A stretch of DNA of 64,000 bases from Paramecium tetraurelia. Taxonomy: Eukaryota. Positions within the stretch are counted from its first letter, which is position 1; the number at the start of each line of letters is the position of its first letter. Made by a program: the position numbers and the translations under genes. The notes below the pieces were generated by a model. That model made no database searches, was not told the origin of the DNA, and worked only from the letters and a program-made list of their open reading frames with translations. Of the stretch, positions 1-13,767 are shown piece after piece. The stretch is from assembly GCA_000165425.1 (NCBI GenBank), contig CT868341.1, positions 248,001 to 312,000 of the forward strand. Reading direction: 5' to 3'.

Positions 1-136
1 TTATGAATAAAGATAGTATTAGGAAATCGTGTATATTGTTGTTCTTAATTTATCTTAAAGTATCTCATTCTAAGAAGTTATAACAAGGGGTGTGTTATTT
101 TATATATGAATTTATTATTTTATTATATATATAGTT

Positions 137-2673
137 ATGTAATTTTATGGTTTACTCCCAGCACCAAATCCCTTGGTTTAAGCGGCCGATCCTGAAATTA
201 AATAAAAAATGTATAAATGTAAATGAATAAGTGGATAGATGAAAAAGAAAGATGCATATGATGAAAGAGATTCAGCCTTCAATATGTGGGATTACTTTAG
301 TGATAATAAAGTCAACTTGATCTATCAACGTTTCGATAATTACCCATGGTCTATGATCCCACTGAATAATCATCGATTTGCTGCATCCTGTTTCTTTGAT
401 TGCAAAAAATTATTGGCTTTGAATAGAGAATTAAGATTAACAGAATTTACGATTGTCTTAAACAAAAATTTATATCCTTCTACAATGAAATAAAAAGAAT
501 AAAAATAACTCGCGCTTGAATAAGACAACAAGAAATATAATGGACTGAAATTCGATTCCAATTTTGAAAGCGGAAACCTATTTACATCTTATAGAGTTGG
601 GCCTAATGAATATGATTTGATGATGTAAAATGACACTAATTCGAAAGGAAATACCTAATGGTTTTACTTTTCGGTTGAAAACACCTTGAAAAACAGTGTA
701 GTTACTTTTAATATCATAAACTTTGTAACATATATATTTTTATCAAGCCTTGTAGATAAAATGTGATTCATTATTTAATATGGGATAAAGGCCAGTTGTT
801 TTTTCTAACAAATGCAATAGATAAAAAGGAACCGGATGGATTAAAGCAGGACATAATATAATTTATTTTCGAAATAAATTTAAGCGAGAAAATAGCACTC
901 TTAAAACTTATTATACACTTTCTTTTAGTTATAAATTTGAATATTCCAATGATAAAGTTTTTTTTGCATAATGTTACCCTTATACTTACTCATAATTAAA
1001 TAATTTTATAGAAAGATCGATTCGACCAAATAAAGTAAAAATAACAATATCCTTAGTTTGCCGAAGTAAAAGAATTATGTAAGACAATCTCAAAATTATC
1101 TTGCCCCTTAATTATTATTGGTAATGGTAAAAAAGCCATATTATTGATGGCAAGATAGCATCCAGGAGAAACTCCAGGCTCATTTACAATAGAAGGAGCG
1201 ATTGAATTTTTAATCAGCAGTTGCATGGAAGCAGAAGTTTTAAGAAGTCACTTCACATTTTATATAATTCCTATGATAAATCCAGACGGGGTTATTTTTG
1301 GAAACTATCGTTGCAATCTTTACGGGGCTGATCTCAATAGGATTTGGATTTGCCCTCATAAAGAATTGCACGATTCCGTTTGGCACGTAAGAGAATTAAT
1401 TAGATAAATAAATTAAATAACTGAATTGAATTTAATAATTGACTTTCATGGACATTCAAAAAAGTAAATTTTTTCTTGGCATTTTAGATTCAATAGTTTT
1501 TATTATGCTAATAGTTTATGTGATGAATAAAAATTGCTACCATTGATAAGTTGTAATCTGTCTAAAATGATGAATTTACGAGATTGCTCTTTCAGTGTAC
1601 ATGAAAGTAAAAAGAAGACTGCTAGAGTAGCATTACAATCAGAAGTCAAAAATGGTTTTACCTACACATTAGAAATCTCATTTCATGCTTTTCGATAATA
1701 AGCATTCTAAGATTTTACTGAAAGCTCTTATAAGTAATTGGGTGAAGATGTTTCATTATCAATATTTAAGTTATTTGAATCTTAAATGGTAAAATCCAGT
1801 AAATTACCAAGAACCTTAACTTTATAATAGAATGATGAATTAGATAAATTAATAAAAGAATGTGATCTAAGCTAACTTTAGATAGGCGAAGATGATTCAG
1901 GTAGTGATTCAAATCCTGAAGAGGATGCACTTTAAGAATAAGAACTTCAATCATTTTTTAATTCTTAGAAACAAAATAAAATAATAATATAGACTAAAAA
2001 AAAGCTTAATAGAATTGAAAAGGCGTCATAAACTGATATACAGCATTATTAAAATCTTATGTTGGATGAAAAAGTATTATAAAAGATTGAAGAATAAGTT
2101 AAATCTATTAGAAAACCCAACACAGAAACACTTGGATTCTAAAGTATTCAAGAAATTGTTTCTAATTATCAAGATGTTCCATTATAAGAAGGTTTTACAA
2201 ACTCATTTTAGCAAACTGACATCTCCTTATAGCAAATTTTAGGCAAGATGCAAGTTTATCATGTTAGAGTTTCTAATAAGTAAAGATAGAATATATTTAG
2301 AAATTCCATGTTTTAAAATTAAATTGCTACTCAATCTAGCAAACCAGTTGTGATAGTTCTCAAAAATCCATATTCTAAACAATAAATGTCATAACAATAA
2401 TAGTTAATGCCACAACACTAAGATGCTTCTATCAAAAATAGAAGGAGAATCACTTCTATAACAGGAAGATCTTCGATAGAATATAAAAGACTATCCCATG
2501 ATAGAAAATTCAGCATCCAACAATATAATCAAGACAGGAATCATGCTCTAAGCTTCACTTAATAACAAGTTACACCTTAAAATTTGTTAACCTAGGACGC
2601 TACTTTTGAGAAAATTGCAAATATTAGTAAACTGAAATTTTATGATAAATAAATGCTTAAAAATTTGTTTTGA
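137..2673 (+). CDS. Cytosolic carboxypeptidase (M14, CCP/AGBL family; tubulin deglutamylase-like), multi-intron
   Basis: Code-6 translation shows FDSNFESGNL, QWFYF, ARQHPGETPGS (HxxE), PMINPDGVIFGNYRC...DLNR, DFHGHSKK and YTLEISF; tiny introns e.g. 725-755. Confidence 0.92.
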
Positions 2674-3552
2674 TTTTGAAATAATATTTTCGATTGTAGA
2701 TATTATTTTATTATACTTATAATGTGTCCCTATCGATTAAATTGGATAAGAATTATTTTCAACATATTTAATTTTGACTTTATTTAGCAACCAACGACTA
2801 AGAATCTTAAAACCAATTTTGCTTTAAGTAGTTTTATGCAAAAATTAGTAGATATGATTAGCAAAATCAATTACAATTTCTATTCAAATAAATTAATCAT
2901 AATATTAATTAAAATATTAGAACAATACATATAAAGCAAAAATTTTATATTTTCAGAAATCTATAACTTTCAATAATAATGATAATTTAATTTTTATTAT
3001 ATAAGCTTTCGAAAAAATTTATATTTGTATTAGTTATATTTTATTAGTGTTATTAAAATTTATATCTTGTGAAATGTTTGTTATCAAACAATACTTTCTG
3101 CATAGAAGAAGGTGTTTCATCAATCTAATGAATTTAGAAAGATAATTTTTGAGTTTAAATAAAGTCCTTGCAGACAGTTAAATTGTAAGCATATTCTGAA
3201 ATGTAATTTCATATTATATGGACTATTGGAAAATTTTTACAAAAACATCTATATACATAATAAAAAGGTATGGAGATATTGATGATCATTAAGCAAGTCA
3301 TTTTTATGGTAAATCCTTACTCTTGGGTTATAATAAAAAATTCTACAAAGAGGGCTGATAAAAATATAATTTCCTCATCCTTTAGTATTAACTTTTCTTT
3401 ATATTCTATATAACTAATCCCTATCAATCAATCAATGACGATTATTTATTTTCTTTCTTGACCTTCTGCATTTTTAATTATAGTATTTACTTAAGTTTGA
3501 TAAATCTTTACAAAACCACTCTTTTAAATTTTCATTCGTGAGGAGCCTTCTC

Positions 3553-3597
3553 NNNNNNNNNNNNNNNNNNNNNNNNNNNNNNNNNNNNNNNNNNNNN
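3553..3597. other. Assembly gap (45 N)
   Basis: Run of n characters. Confidence 1.
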
Positions 3598-4624
3598 TGG
3601 AAATTGATAATTGTTTTTAAAAACAAAATTGAATAAAATGTAACAGTGGATTTACAGAAATTTTATATAAAATTCCTGTATATACTTTATTAAAGGAATT
3701 TATCTTGTACGCCAATTTTCTTATTAAGTATGAATAAAATATAGCATTTCCATAAGTTTAGAATGAGACTATCATTTTTGTTATTTATGTTGAAATCGAT
3801 TTCACTTTTTTTTGTAAAATTATTCATAATACAACAGAATATTTAAGAAACTATAACTCAAATATAAAGGATAATTAATATATAATATATCTCGATGTAT
3901 TTCTGGATTTATTCATATTCAAACCTTTTGTTATTTATAAACTTAATCATAACCTCTTGAAATTCATAATGTTTTAAATATGTAATTGTACGAATTCAAA
4001 TAGTCAAAACTAATTCAATTATTGATTTTTTTCAATATTTATTCGATTTAATTGAAATTTAGGAAAATATTTATTATATCCATAAGATTTTCTACAATAT
4101 TTTATAATTACTTAACTACTTACTCTATTTGATTATATTCAAATTTATTTAGTTTTTTTTGTACATTTAAATCCATTACAGATTTTTTAGCCTTAGTTTA
4201 GCCATAATTGATTTTAGTATGATAGCAATTAATTGATTATATATGAAGATTTTGTATTTAAGCATGTTGCAAGAAATGAATATTAAGATCCACAATATTC
4301 AGTTTATCTTTAATTTAGTGCATAAATTTTGCTTTCAAAAATGCTGAAGATATTTTAGAACTATTAATAAACATAATTATACCCAATATATTTTCGAGAA
4401 TGAATCTGAATTGAAAAATCAATATGAGCAATAAAGGGTAAAAATAAAGGAGAAACAAAAATACAATAAATTCTTTTAAAATCTATAGCTTTGATTTACC
4501 TTATGCTTCAATTAAAAGAGGTCGGCTATATATTTAATCCTATTCTTAACGATAAAGCTAATGATTTCATTAGATTATTATATTTTAATTACAAATTTAA
4601 TCATTATTAACATTATTATTATTG

Positions 4625-5271
4625 ATGAGTTAACAATAACCCTTGAATGAATTACATAAATAATAGGATAAAGCGATAAATGAAGTAAATTTTGAAGAAG
4701 CTAATGACAAATCTGATTATAATCCAATTGGTATTGATCTTCCAAATGAAAATGGCAACAAAAAGACCTCCACAATAGTAACGACTACAGAGAGAGAAGT
4801 TATAGCAGAGAATTAATAGCAGGGTAGTAAATATAAATCAATTTAGATAAAACAGATGATGAAAATTTAATTTTGGAGGGATAAGCTTCGTATTTTTAAA
4901 GTTCATCTTCCTTATCACATGATTAATTGTAATAATTGGAGATTATAATCTAATCTCGAGATAAAGAGGAATCTTTAAAAGAAAAATTGCTTTTAGTTTA
5001 GAAAGTATTTTTAATATATTACAAACTAAATTAGGTGGAAACATAAGCTGAAGTTTTAAATAGACTAAGAAATTTTGGACAATAAGTAGAAGATATGGGC
5101 ATAGAAAATTTAAAAACAAAATAGAGTTATGAAAGGAATATCGAACTTAAAGATTCTATAAAATAAAAGATCCTCTAAAAAATACATAAGGGTGAACTCT
5201 AAATGGAAAACGACAGTTTCGACCCTGAAACAATGAATGAAACTCATTAAACAATATTCATATGGAAATGA
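4625..5271 (+). CDS. Hypothetical acidic/coiled-coil protein
   Basis: MSQQQPLNELHKQQ... open in code 6 with two plausible tiny introns, ends ...TIFIWK-TGA. Confidence 0.55.
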
Positions 5272-5691
5272 ATAAGAAGAATAAAACATTATAAGTGCAT
5301 AATATTAAAAAAAATACTATATGAATTTTCTAATATAAGAAAATTTGCAGCGAAAGAAATATCATGGTTTGTTTCAATTAAAATGTTAATTTGGTAAATA
5401 CAATTAATTGTAACAGGAGAAATGTCTAAATTATTTTTTGTAAGTATTTTAAAATGAAAAATATGATTTCTGCAAACTCTAATTCTCTAAGAATTAAGAT
5501 TATTGAACTCCTTAAGTTTTATAGTTTTGAATATCTGTTAAAATATATACAGACAGTATCTATGCAATTGAGATGTTATTGGATCGAATTATTCTCTATT
5601 TTTCAAATTCTTTTCAAATTTTATCAATTAATTGTATTTTCAACTATTTATCTCTGAATAATCCCAAAAGTAATAAATAAATAAATTAAAA

Positions 5692-6625
5692 TCATATATT
5701 CCCTGTAAATTTCTTAAGAGTAGTAAAATTAGGTGTTATTAATATTACAGTCAAGCTTTATATATTAAACATTTTAAGTTGAACTTTTTTTACTCTGATA
5801 ATTTTTGAGAATTTACCAAATCTTCTTTTAAACTACTTCTTCACATTCGAAATTGTTTAATTCATAATCCAAATTTATTTATTGTTTATAATAATAAATA
5901 TATTCTCTTTTATTTTTTTTTTATTGTTATTTCTCTCAAAATTTTTTCTAATATCTATTCTATTTCTAGATTTTCAATTCCTTTATTTTCTTCTTTTTTA
6001 TATTCTTAATATGCCATATGCATTTGACTATGTTCAATAATTTTGAGTTAATATCATTGATAACTATAGATTTCATGTGTTTAGTTGATTATAGGGATTA
6101 GTTTTCTTTCTTAATGGAATAATAGTATGCTATGAAATTATTTTTTAAAGAATGAATGTAGAACTTTTTATAAAAAATATCATTATCATGAGATTTTTCT
6201 TGTAATTGTGGTGATTGACATATATGCTTTAAAGGGTTGTTTATAATTTATAACTTTTAAAACTATCACATTTTCATCATATTTTTTATCGAAAGTCTAA
6301 CAAAATAAATTGATTAACATAATCAAATAATGCTGGAAATTGAATATAATCATTCAGGAAATACTTCTTCTCGCAAATTGAAATTCTAAGAGAAGGCTTG
6401 CTTCTTTCATCCTAGTCCTCCTACTTTTGGATATGAGGAAGAATTTCAACTAACTATTTTGTGAGGGCTTAAAATTTTTCTTATAACTTTGTTTATTCCT
6501 TGGCGTCTTCTTCTATAACAGCCCCCGTTTCTTCAATTTGATGATTTATAGTATAGACTTTCTTTTACAACCTTTGTTCTAACAGCCAGAACCTAAACAC
6601 TTAATTTTACTTCACTTAGGAACAT
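5692..6625 (-). CDS. Hypothetical basic protein
   Basis: ATG, a 23-nt GT..AG intron, then a long code-6 open frame (GCQNKGCKRKSILQIIKLKKRGCYRRRR...). Confidence 0.5.
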
Positions 6626-6652
6626 ATTTAATGACTTGAAAACTCTATTAAA

Positions 6653-7340
6653 ATGTCAGATGTAATAGACTTATGGAATTCACAATACAATTATTCAAGG
6701 TTCAAGATCCAATTCAATCTGAAAGAAAATGAAATATCTCTTTCACTTTAAGAAACATCTCAACCTATTAATATAAAATATAAAAATTTAGTATTTGAGG
6801 TTTTCGATTCTTTAAATAAGACAGATAGTAAATGTAAGAATCATATTGCATCATGTTATATCTGATATAAAATAAACATTATATCTAGATGAAACACATT
6901 CTCACACCAATAAAAACACCAAAGATGTTGGCAAGTACAAGAAATAACAAATTTATAAGGTCAGTTAACTTAAAAGAAATTCTAGTGTAATTGGATGCAT
7001 CGGTTCGAATGGGTTTTAATGTCATTAAATCTGCTTGTGAAATGTATATTAAAATGTTTTTGGACAACTTTTAGAAAAATTAATTGAAGAGGCTAATAAA
7101 TTTTATTAAAACTAGAAATTTTTGATAATTCTTGATGATCGTCCCATCCATTTTCGCAAATTTTGAATTTTTAAAAGAAAATGTATACAAAAATTAACCT
7201 TATGATGAAAATACGATTTTTCAATTAATACATTGTTAATTAAAGGAAAAAAAAAATATGGTTTCATTCAAAATGTAATGGTTCATATCCAAAATGAAAT
7301 AAAATTAATTTAGTTAGGTGAGGAATACTAAGGATGATTT
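6653..7340 (+). pseudogene. Disrupted hypothetical coding sequence
   Basis: MSDVIDLWNSQYNYSRFKIQF... runs into TGAs or needs frame changes; no recognisable motif. Confidence 0.3.
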
Positions 7341-7949
7341 AATATAATTCAAATAAAAAACTAATTAATATATAATAATGTAAACCAGGACTGTATAAAA
7401 ATATTCCTAGATATCAAAATAATACACTTAAATAATGTAATTTATGAAATAGATCAATAAAGGCTAGTCAATTTGTTTAAGCTATAATTCAACGATATAT
7501 ATCAATCGTCAATAGGTCAAATATTTACTAAATCAATTATTAGGTATCCTCTTTTTGGCTACATTTTATTGAATTCAAAAAGGCTTACTGTTGGTTGTAT
7601 CAATTTTAGAAAATTAATTATATTGATTAACTTTAACAAATTTTATTAATCCAATTTAAGTAAGTTTTGTCCATAATTACAAGTTAATATCCAAATTAGG
7701 CAGTTACTCATATTGGTAGTTGTGAGCTTATTATCAATTAATTTTGAGATTTCCTAAGATTTTTATTGATTTATGTTCAATTGACTATGATCCCAAACGT
7801 TTTTCTATATTTCTAAACATAATGAGATTTCTCCAATATTTATTTATGACATGATTCGAAATTTTCAGCAAATTGGCACATAGAATTAACTGAGTAAACA
7901 GCAGCATTATTAATAATGAACTGGTATACTATTTTACTTTTTAACTTTT

Positions 7950-9512
7950 TTGTTAGTTTAATATAACAGCAAATTATAGTATGACACTTTCCTAAATTAA
8001 TTAGTATTCTGAATTCCAGAGTTTAAGAGAAAGATATCAGTTTTTGATTATCTCATTATGTTGTTGTAACTTCTGCAGAAAGTCATTTAACTTTATGGAA
8101 TAACATCCTAGAGGACGCATATTTTCACTTTGCTATTATTAACATCTCCAACAACTAATATAAGTGCTTTAGTTTTCAGAATTTTTAAGGAGATTATAAA
8201 CTTTTCTATTGTTATTTATCATTATCTGAATCCTGTAGATCATGCTGAATATAAGTTGAGGATGAATAATTCTGTAGTCAAATTTAAAAATTTGATTAAA
8301 ATAAATTCTATGTCATCTAAATCAATTAAATATGAAATATCTCTACTTTTAAATTGCTTGTGAATTCCGATGCAAATTCCACCACCATGACCATGAGTGA
8401 CTTGTAATTTATTTATAAAATGATAGTTATCTGGTTTCTTACAAACTTATTATGTCGGGATTTTATTCCTTAATAATTTACATAGTAGTTGGTTTTAGAG
8501 AGGATATATTCCAACTTAAAATATTAATGGTTTAAGTAAATTGAGAATTTAAATAACCAGGGTGCAGCTTCTCCTGGATTATTTATTTAAGTTGACGATA
8601 TTATTTCCACTTTAGTCATAATTTTGTTCTTCCTATGAATAAAGTGGACATAATGTACGGCATCATTCATAATTATTATTTGGTTTTAAGTTTTTTCTAA
8701 TTAATATTTATTAGGTGTTTTCCAAAAATATTTGTAGTGAATGTGTGAGAGCTATTCGATGATAATTATATGTATTTCCTGACCCATATTATTCAGAAAT
8801 ATTTCCCTAATTCCCTCTTTCCTATCTTATTAAGATCGAAATTAAAGAGCCTTCTGATTTTCCTTAAATTTATTTGGGGTTTCTTTAATTAGTTTTTAAA
8901 TGTTTATTTTACTTACTAAAGTCTAAAATGGGTTTTCGGAAAATAGTTTATCTTCCTTTACTTACATTTCTTTAGTTTTTTTTCTTTCTCATCTCTTATT
9001 AATTTTAAATGTAGTAAATTCCGATAATATTATCTACTTGGTTTTCCCATTAAATATAAGAAATATGATGTGATATTTTCACTTATAGTATCTAAAATCT
9101 GCTTTGACAACTTTCCCTTTCTCCAATTTCAGAGTTAGTTTACTATCCTCCTCAGGGTCTTCTACAATTAAAGATCTATGAATAGATTCTTTCAATTAGT
9201 AGGGAGTAATTTTTAGGAATTATCATAAATACCTGATTTCTCCTCGAAAATTGGCATTCTTATAGGGGGATCATTAATCGCTTACTAAACTAATCTCTAT
9301 TGCATTTCTTTAAACTCTGAAATTCTTTTAAGCAAAATTTCAAATTGTTAATACAATACATTTATTAAAGAAACTGTATGATGGATTGTGTTTAATAACA
9401 CTGTTTTGATAATGTCATCTGTTATTTATTATTCTATCTGATTGGATTAGATTAAAGCCCGTACAAAGAGTTGTATTTGTTTGGATTCATGAATTTATCG
9501 CTCTGAACTCAT
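7950..9512 (-). mobile_element. Degenerate non-LTR retrotransposon relic B: ORF1-like region plus APE endonuclease
   Basis: Minus strand reads INILSWNISSL...NPDIISLQET (~8530-8435), then after a frameshift HGGGICIGIHK, FILNLYS, LILVVGDVN (~8140-8165) and TF..S..D; in-frame TGAs; upstream ATG at 9512 opens a broken ORF. The 3' boundary is uncertain. Confidence 0.8.
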
Positions 9513-9530
9513 TATAAGTACAATTAAATT

Positions 9531-9550
9531 ATAATATAATATAATATAAT
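9531..9550 (-). repeat. (ATTAT)4 pentanucleotide tract, candidate 3' tail of LINE relic A
   Basis: ataatataatataatataat on + strand, lying exactly between the two relics. Confidence 0.6.
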
Positions 9551-11960
9551 TTAATCGTTATTATTAACCCAAATTTGTAGGATGAGAATGATAAAATTTC
9601 AATTTCTATAATTTTTTCTTAACATATTGGTTTATATTCTAAGATTTTTCTTATTTAAAGAACTTTATTCTGTTTCGGGTCTTGAATTATTATTTCTACT
9701 TTGTAAATAATTCTAACATTAAGCTATCCTTGTAATGGAAAGATGATTAGTTAAAGGTGTTTGAAAGCACATCTTATATCATGTTTGGGGGATTTAGATC
9801 AAGCAAACTTGAATAAAAGTTTAATATTAATAATTATTTCTAATTCTGGTTGCTTGATATATATAGCCATCTAAGGTAAGCCTTCCCATTGTTAATCTAT
9901 TCCTCTGTCTTTTTCTTTTTTAATGTTACAATCAAATCATCTTTTATCGAAGATTAATATGTAGTTAAAGAGCATCTAACGAAAATATCAGGAGTATTTG
10001 GTGGGAATCTAAATTTATTTGAATGATTTCTTCCTAAGTTTTACTTTTTTATTTGACAGTGATTTATTTTCAAATGAATATGCGGCAGCCTTATATAAGA
10101 AGTGCGGTTCAATACCAACCTTTAGGTGAATTCAATAGCATTTGAGAGGGAACCAAGTTTATAGTTTAGAAAATTAATTTTTGTTGTTAAATTATTACAT
10201 GTGGTAAAGTCGATCCATTGTAGTCGATATCTATTCCCAGATACTTATATTTATACACAACAGGAGACTCACTAATTGATTCCTATTTCATTTTTCGTTT
10301 TTGCCATAATGGCACACTTTTTATAATTGATTCGTAGATTCCATTAATAAGATAAATTGTTTAATTAAGAAAGCAAGAAACCAAAATTTCTCTACACAAT
10401 CAATAGCACAAGATAGTCATCATATTCTGAGAACTGGAATGAGTTGCCAGTTGTTTGGAGTAAATCTTTTAAGAATTCCTCTCAGTAGACGTTAAATAAT
10501 GCTGATTATATTAGAGATCCTTAATGAACACCATTTATAAAAATATCTCGTTCTATAAATTACAAGCATCTACATCAACAATTCGGTTGTGAATAGCTTC
10601 CAAAATATCAACTCCTTATACAACCAATATTTTACTATATTTTAATATCTTATACAATCTAAATATTGTATGAGCTTGTAAAATCAATAAATACTAAACA
10701 TTTATTTCTTTTACTATTGTTTATTTTATCCAATTTAACATCAGAAACATTTACATGAATTCAAACCTGTTTAGGTTTAAGGATTATATATCTTAAATAG
10801 CCTTTGATAAAAGTGGAGTTCCATGAATGTTAATAAAGGACTCATTATTCTAACTAGAGGTCATAATTATTCCTTTAGAGCTATTTCATGATAAGATTTG
10901 TTCAATGGGCAAAATCTTACCTATCCAAGTTTCTTATTGATTGTAGATGAGTTTTCGTTCAAAATATCGTTATTTGGTATTCTCATTGGAAAATGTAATG
11001 AATTGATGTTATAACATCGAATGAAATAGCTTTATCAGAGGCCATTTTATTTTGCATTTTTTCTATTTCCTTTTGAATTAATTCATATAGTCACGGAATC
11101 GTTTTCACAATAATGCTCAATGTTTCATAATTTATCTAATATTTCAATGCAATTTATGAATGTTTTTTTCCTGAAATTTATTATCTATCTTCATTAATGA
11201 AGCAGGATTAGAGAGGCTTTTAAATATTAATGAATTCATTCTCATCATTCTTCAAACATATTTTTAGTTTATCAAAGTAATTATCAAATTTCTAATTTTT
11301 TACTTAGGATTTTTTTACAAACCGTTTCTTTGTATTTGTCATAAAATTATTCAAATATCTTTCTATTTTTATTCTACATAATGAGTTGACAGTATTATTG
11401 ATCTCTTTTTCGATATTATCCCTTCAATCACATTGAGGATTGGTTTCAAATTCAAATCCTAATATACAGTGATCAAATGAATCTACCCTTGTGTGAAGCA
11501 GAATTATTAACTTCCATTAATATCAAGATATGATCAGTTACAGATACTAATGTGAGATGTAGTTATTTTCTGTTAAAAGTTATATTATCCTTTACAAATT
11601 GATCATGACTCCAGCTCCGAGATCTTCATAATTAAAATCTTCGCAGACGATAAGTTGTTATCTATTAGAAAACTAATTCACTATTTCTATTATATTTCCC
11701 AAAAATTTATTTTACATTTTTTTATTCACTTTAGTTGCAAAAGAAACATTAACCATATTTAAAATTGGATTAATTAATTGTCCAACTAAGCCATAGAAGT
11801 TGTGCTGTTTTTTATTTGATTATTTTCAAAAGTGCATTATTTCAGTTATCCAATATTCCTACCAATCAATTCAATTTTCTAATTTTTCTCCAATACTCTT
11901 TGATGGTGTTTTTCCATCATTTTTGATTTTTTTATGGCTTCTTTAGTATTTTGATGATGC
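9551..11960 (-). mobile_element. Degenerate non-LTR retrotransposon relic A: ORF2 (APE C-terminal half plus reverse transcriptase)
   Basis: Motifs occur in LINE order on the minus strand: LIVCEDFN (~11640), ITFNR, VTDH (~11535), DKAISFD (~11025), RFCPLNK...EQL*PL..MSPL (~10900), QTG (~10770), CLVFIDFTSSYN (~10690), NGVHQGSL..ALFNVY (~10520), NLRINYKKCAIM (~10325), YKYKYLGIDID (~10245); many frameshifts and stops. The 5' boundary is uncertain. Confidence 0.88.
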
Positions 11961-12426
11961 GTAAGCCAAGAAACACATTTTTTTTAAACAGATATTATAA
12001 AATTAAAGTATGTTAATTAAATAAAAAAAATAAAGATAAATTTGTATAGATAATTTATAACTTGAGTTGAGAAATTAAAATAAATTTCTTTAAAAAATCT
12101 CTTTTATTTTTTATTTATGAATTGCTACATAACGAATAGTATAAAATGTATTGATCTATTTTAATTAATAAGAAAATAAATTGTAAGAATTCTTGAGAAT
12201 GATTTTTATATGAATTAGTAAATTGGCTTATTAGAAGTACTCTTATTATAATAATAACATGTAAATTAATCAATAAATATCAAATATTAAATGATCATTT
12301 CAATTGAAAATTTTATTAATAGGTGGCAATTTTAGTATGTCATTTTTGCCTCTATTTCTAATATCATACACACTAATTTTCCATTTAAAATCAAAGGAAA
12401 AGTAATCAAAATTTTACATAAATTAA

Positions 12427-13663
12427 ATGATTGAATTATTGCTCCTCCTCTATATCGTAGTTTATTGTCCCTTAATAATCTACGTTTATTCATCCTTATT
12501 AAAGAAATATGAAGATCCTAAATATCATAGAGCAGATATTCCTGATAGGTTTTAGCCATTTAGAAGAACAGATTATAAAAATTGGAACAAATTGGAGATC
12601 TATTTTGGTGCCATTGTCTTGTTACCTCTTAGATTAATATTTGTACTAGGGTCGCTATTCGCTTTTGCATTTGTTTTTTTTGTCACAACTAAAGGTTCAT
12701 AAATTGTCATATAATTATAATAGACTTTAAACTAGAAAATCCATGGCCTGCTAATAGATATAAGTTTTTAAGATCGCCCCTGTAATTTTTGGCTAGAGCG
12801 TACTTATTTTTTTCAGGTTTTTACTAAATTAAATAGAGAGTCGTGAAGTAAAGATTATAGATCAATTTAGATATTCTGATTATGATTAAGACTATGTTTA
12901 AACCCAAATCAATGATCTAAGTCAGCCATCAATAATTGTATCAAACCATGTTAGTTGGTATGACACAATTACCTACGTTTTTAAATATTTGCCATCATTT
13001 GTTTCTAAAGACACTGTGAAGGAATATCCAGTTTTTGGTTGGATTACAACTAATCTCAAAAGTATTTTTGTTGAGAGGGAAAACGCAAATAATAGAAGAT
13101 AAGTTATGGTAGACATTTTGAATAGAGTGAATTTAATAAATTAAGGGCATCTATTTCCTCCAGTGTTAATTTTTCCTGAAGGAACAACTTCCAACGGAAA
13201 TTACATTTTATCATTCAAGAAGGGAGCATTTGAGCCATTACAACCAGTTAAAATATGTTGTTTAAAGTACTCACCAAGAAGGTTTAGTGTCGCAATGGAT
13301 TGCATAGGCATTTATGGTATCATAATTTTTATTATATAGCAACTACATTATTGTCATTGGTTTAATGGAAAAATGAATTAGAAATTATAGAATTTGATGG
13401 TCTTTATGATCCTGCTTATTTAAAGTTGGAATAGTACCCTGAAGAGAAAAGAGTAAAATATTGTTTTAAGTATTTAGTGGGAAATCTATGCTGAGAAGGT
13501 CAAGGATATAATGAGCAAATGTCTTGGACTAGAAAAAACTAACTCTGGATATAGGGAAGAATATGATTATGAAGTTGAAATCTTAGGAGAGAAGAAAAAA
13601 AAATCAACATAAAATAATATGAAATAGGCAAATTAAGTTGAGGATAAATAGAAAGTTGATTGA
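12427..13663 (+). CDS. Lysophospholipid acyltransferase (LPCAT/PlsC family)
   Basis: IVSNHVSWYD (NHxxxxD), FVSK, LIFPEGTTSNG, FKKGAF; N-terminal hydrophobic segments; tiny introns. Confidence 0.9.
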
Positions 13664-13767
13664 TCTATTTTAACTATAACTAATTAGATTACATAATTTT
13701 AATATATATTAACATTCAATATTAGACTGTTTAAAATTATTTAATAATTTAAGTTAAAAATTTCAAA

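Noticed and set aside
3210..3360. Short Sel1/TPR-like peptide (YGDIDDHQASHFYGKSLLLG)
   Set aside because: Too short and weak to call, and it lies next to a gap.
8555..8600. NPG tripeptide upstream of the APE domain as a 2A-like ribosome-skipping motif
   Set aside because: The context is TQINNPGE, lacking the D-V/I-E-x-NPGP consensus, and it is out of frame with the APE.
8190..10900. In-frame TGAs in the LINE relics as readthrough or selenocysteine codons
   Set aside because: They are accompanied by many frameshifts and degraded catalytic motifs, so decay is the simpler explanation.
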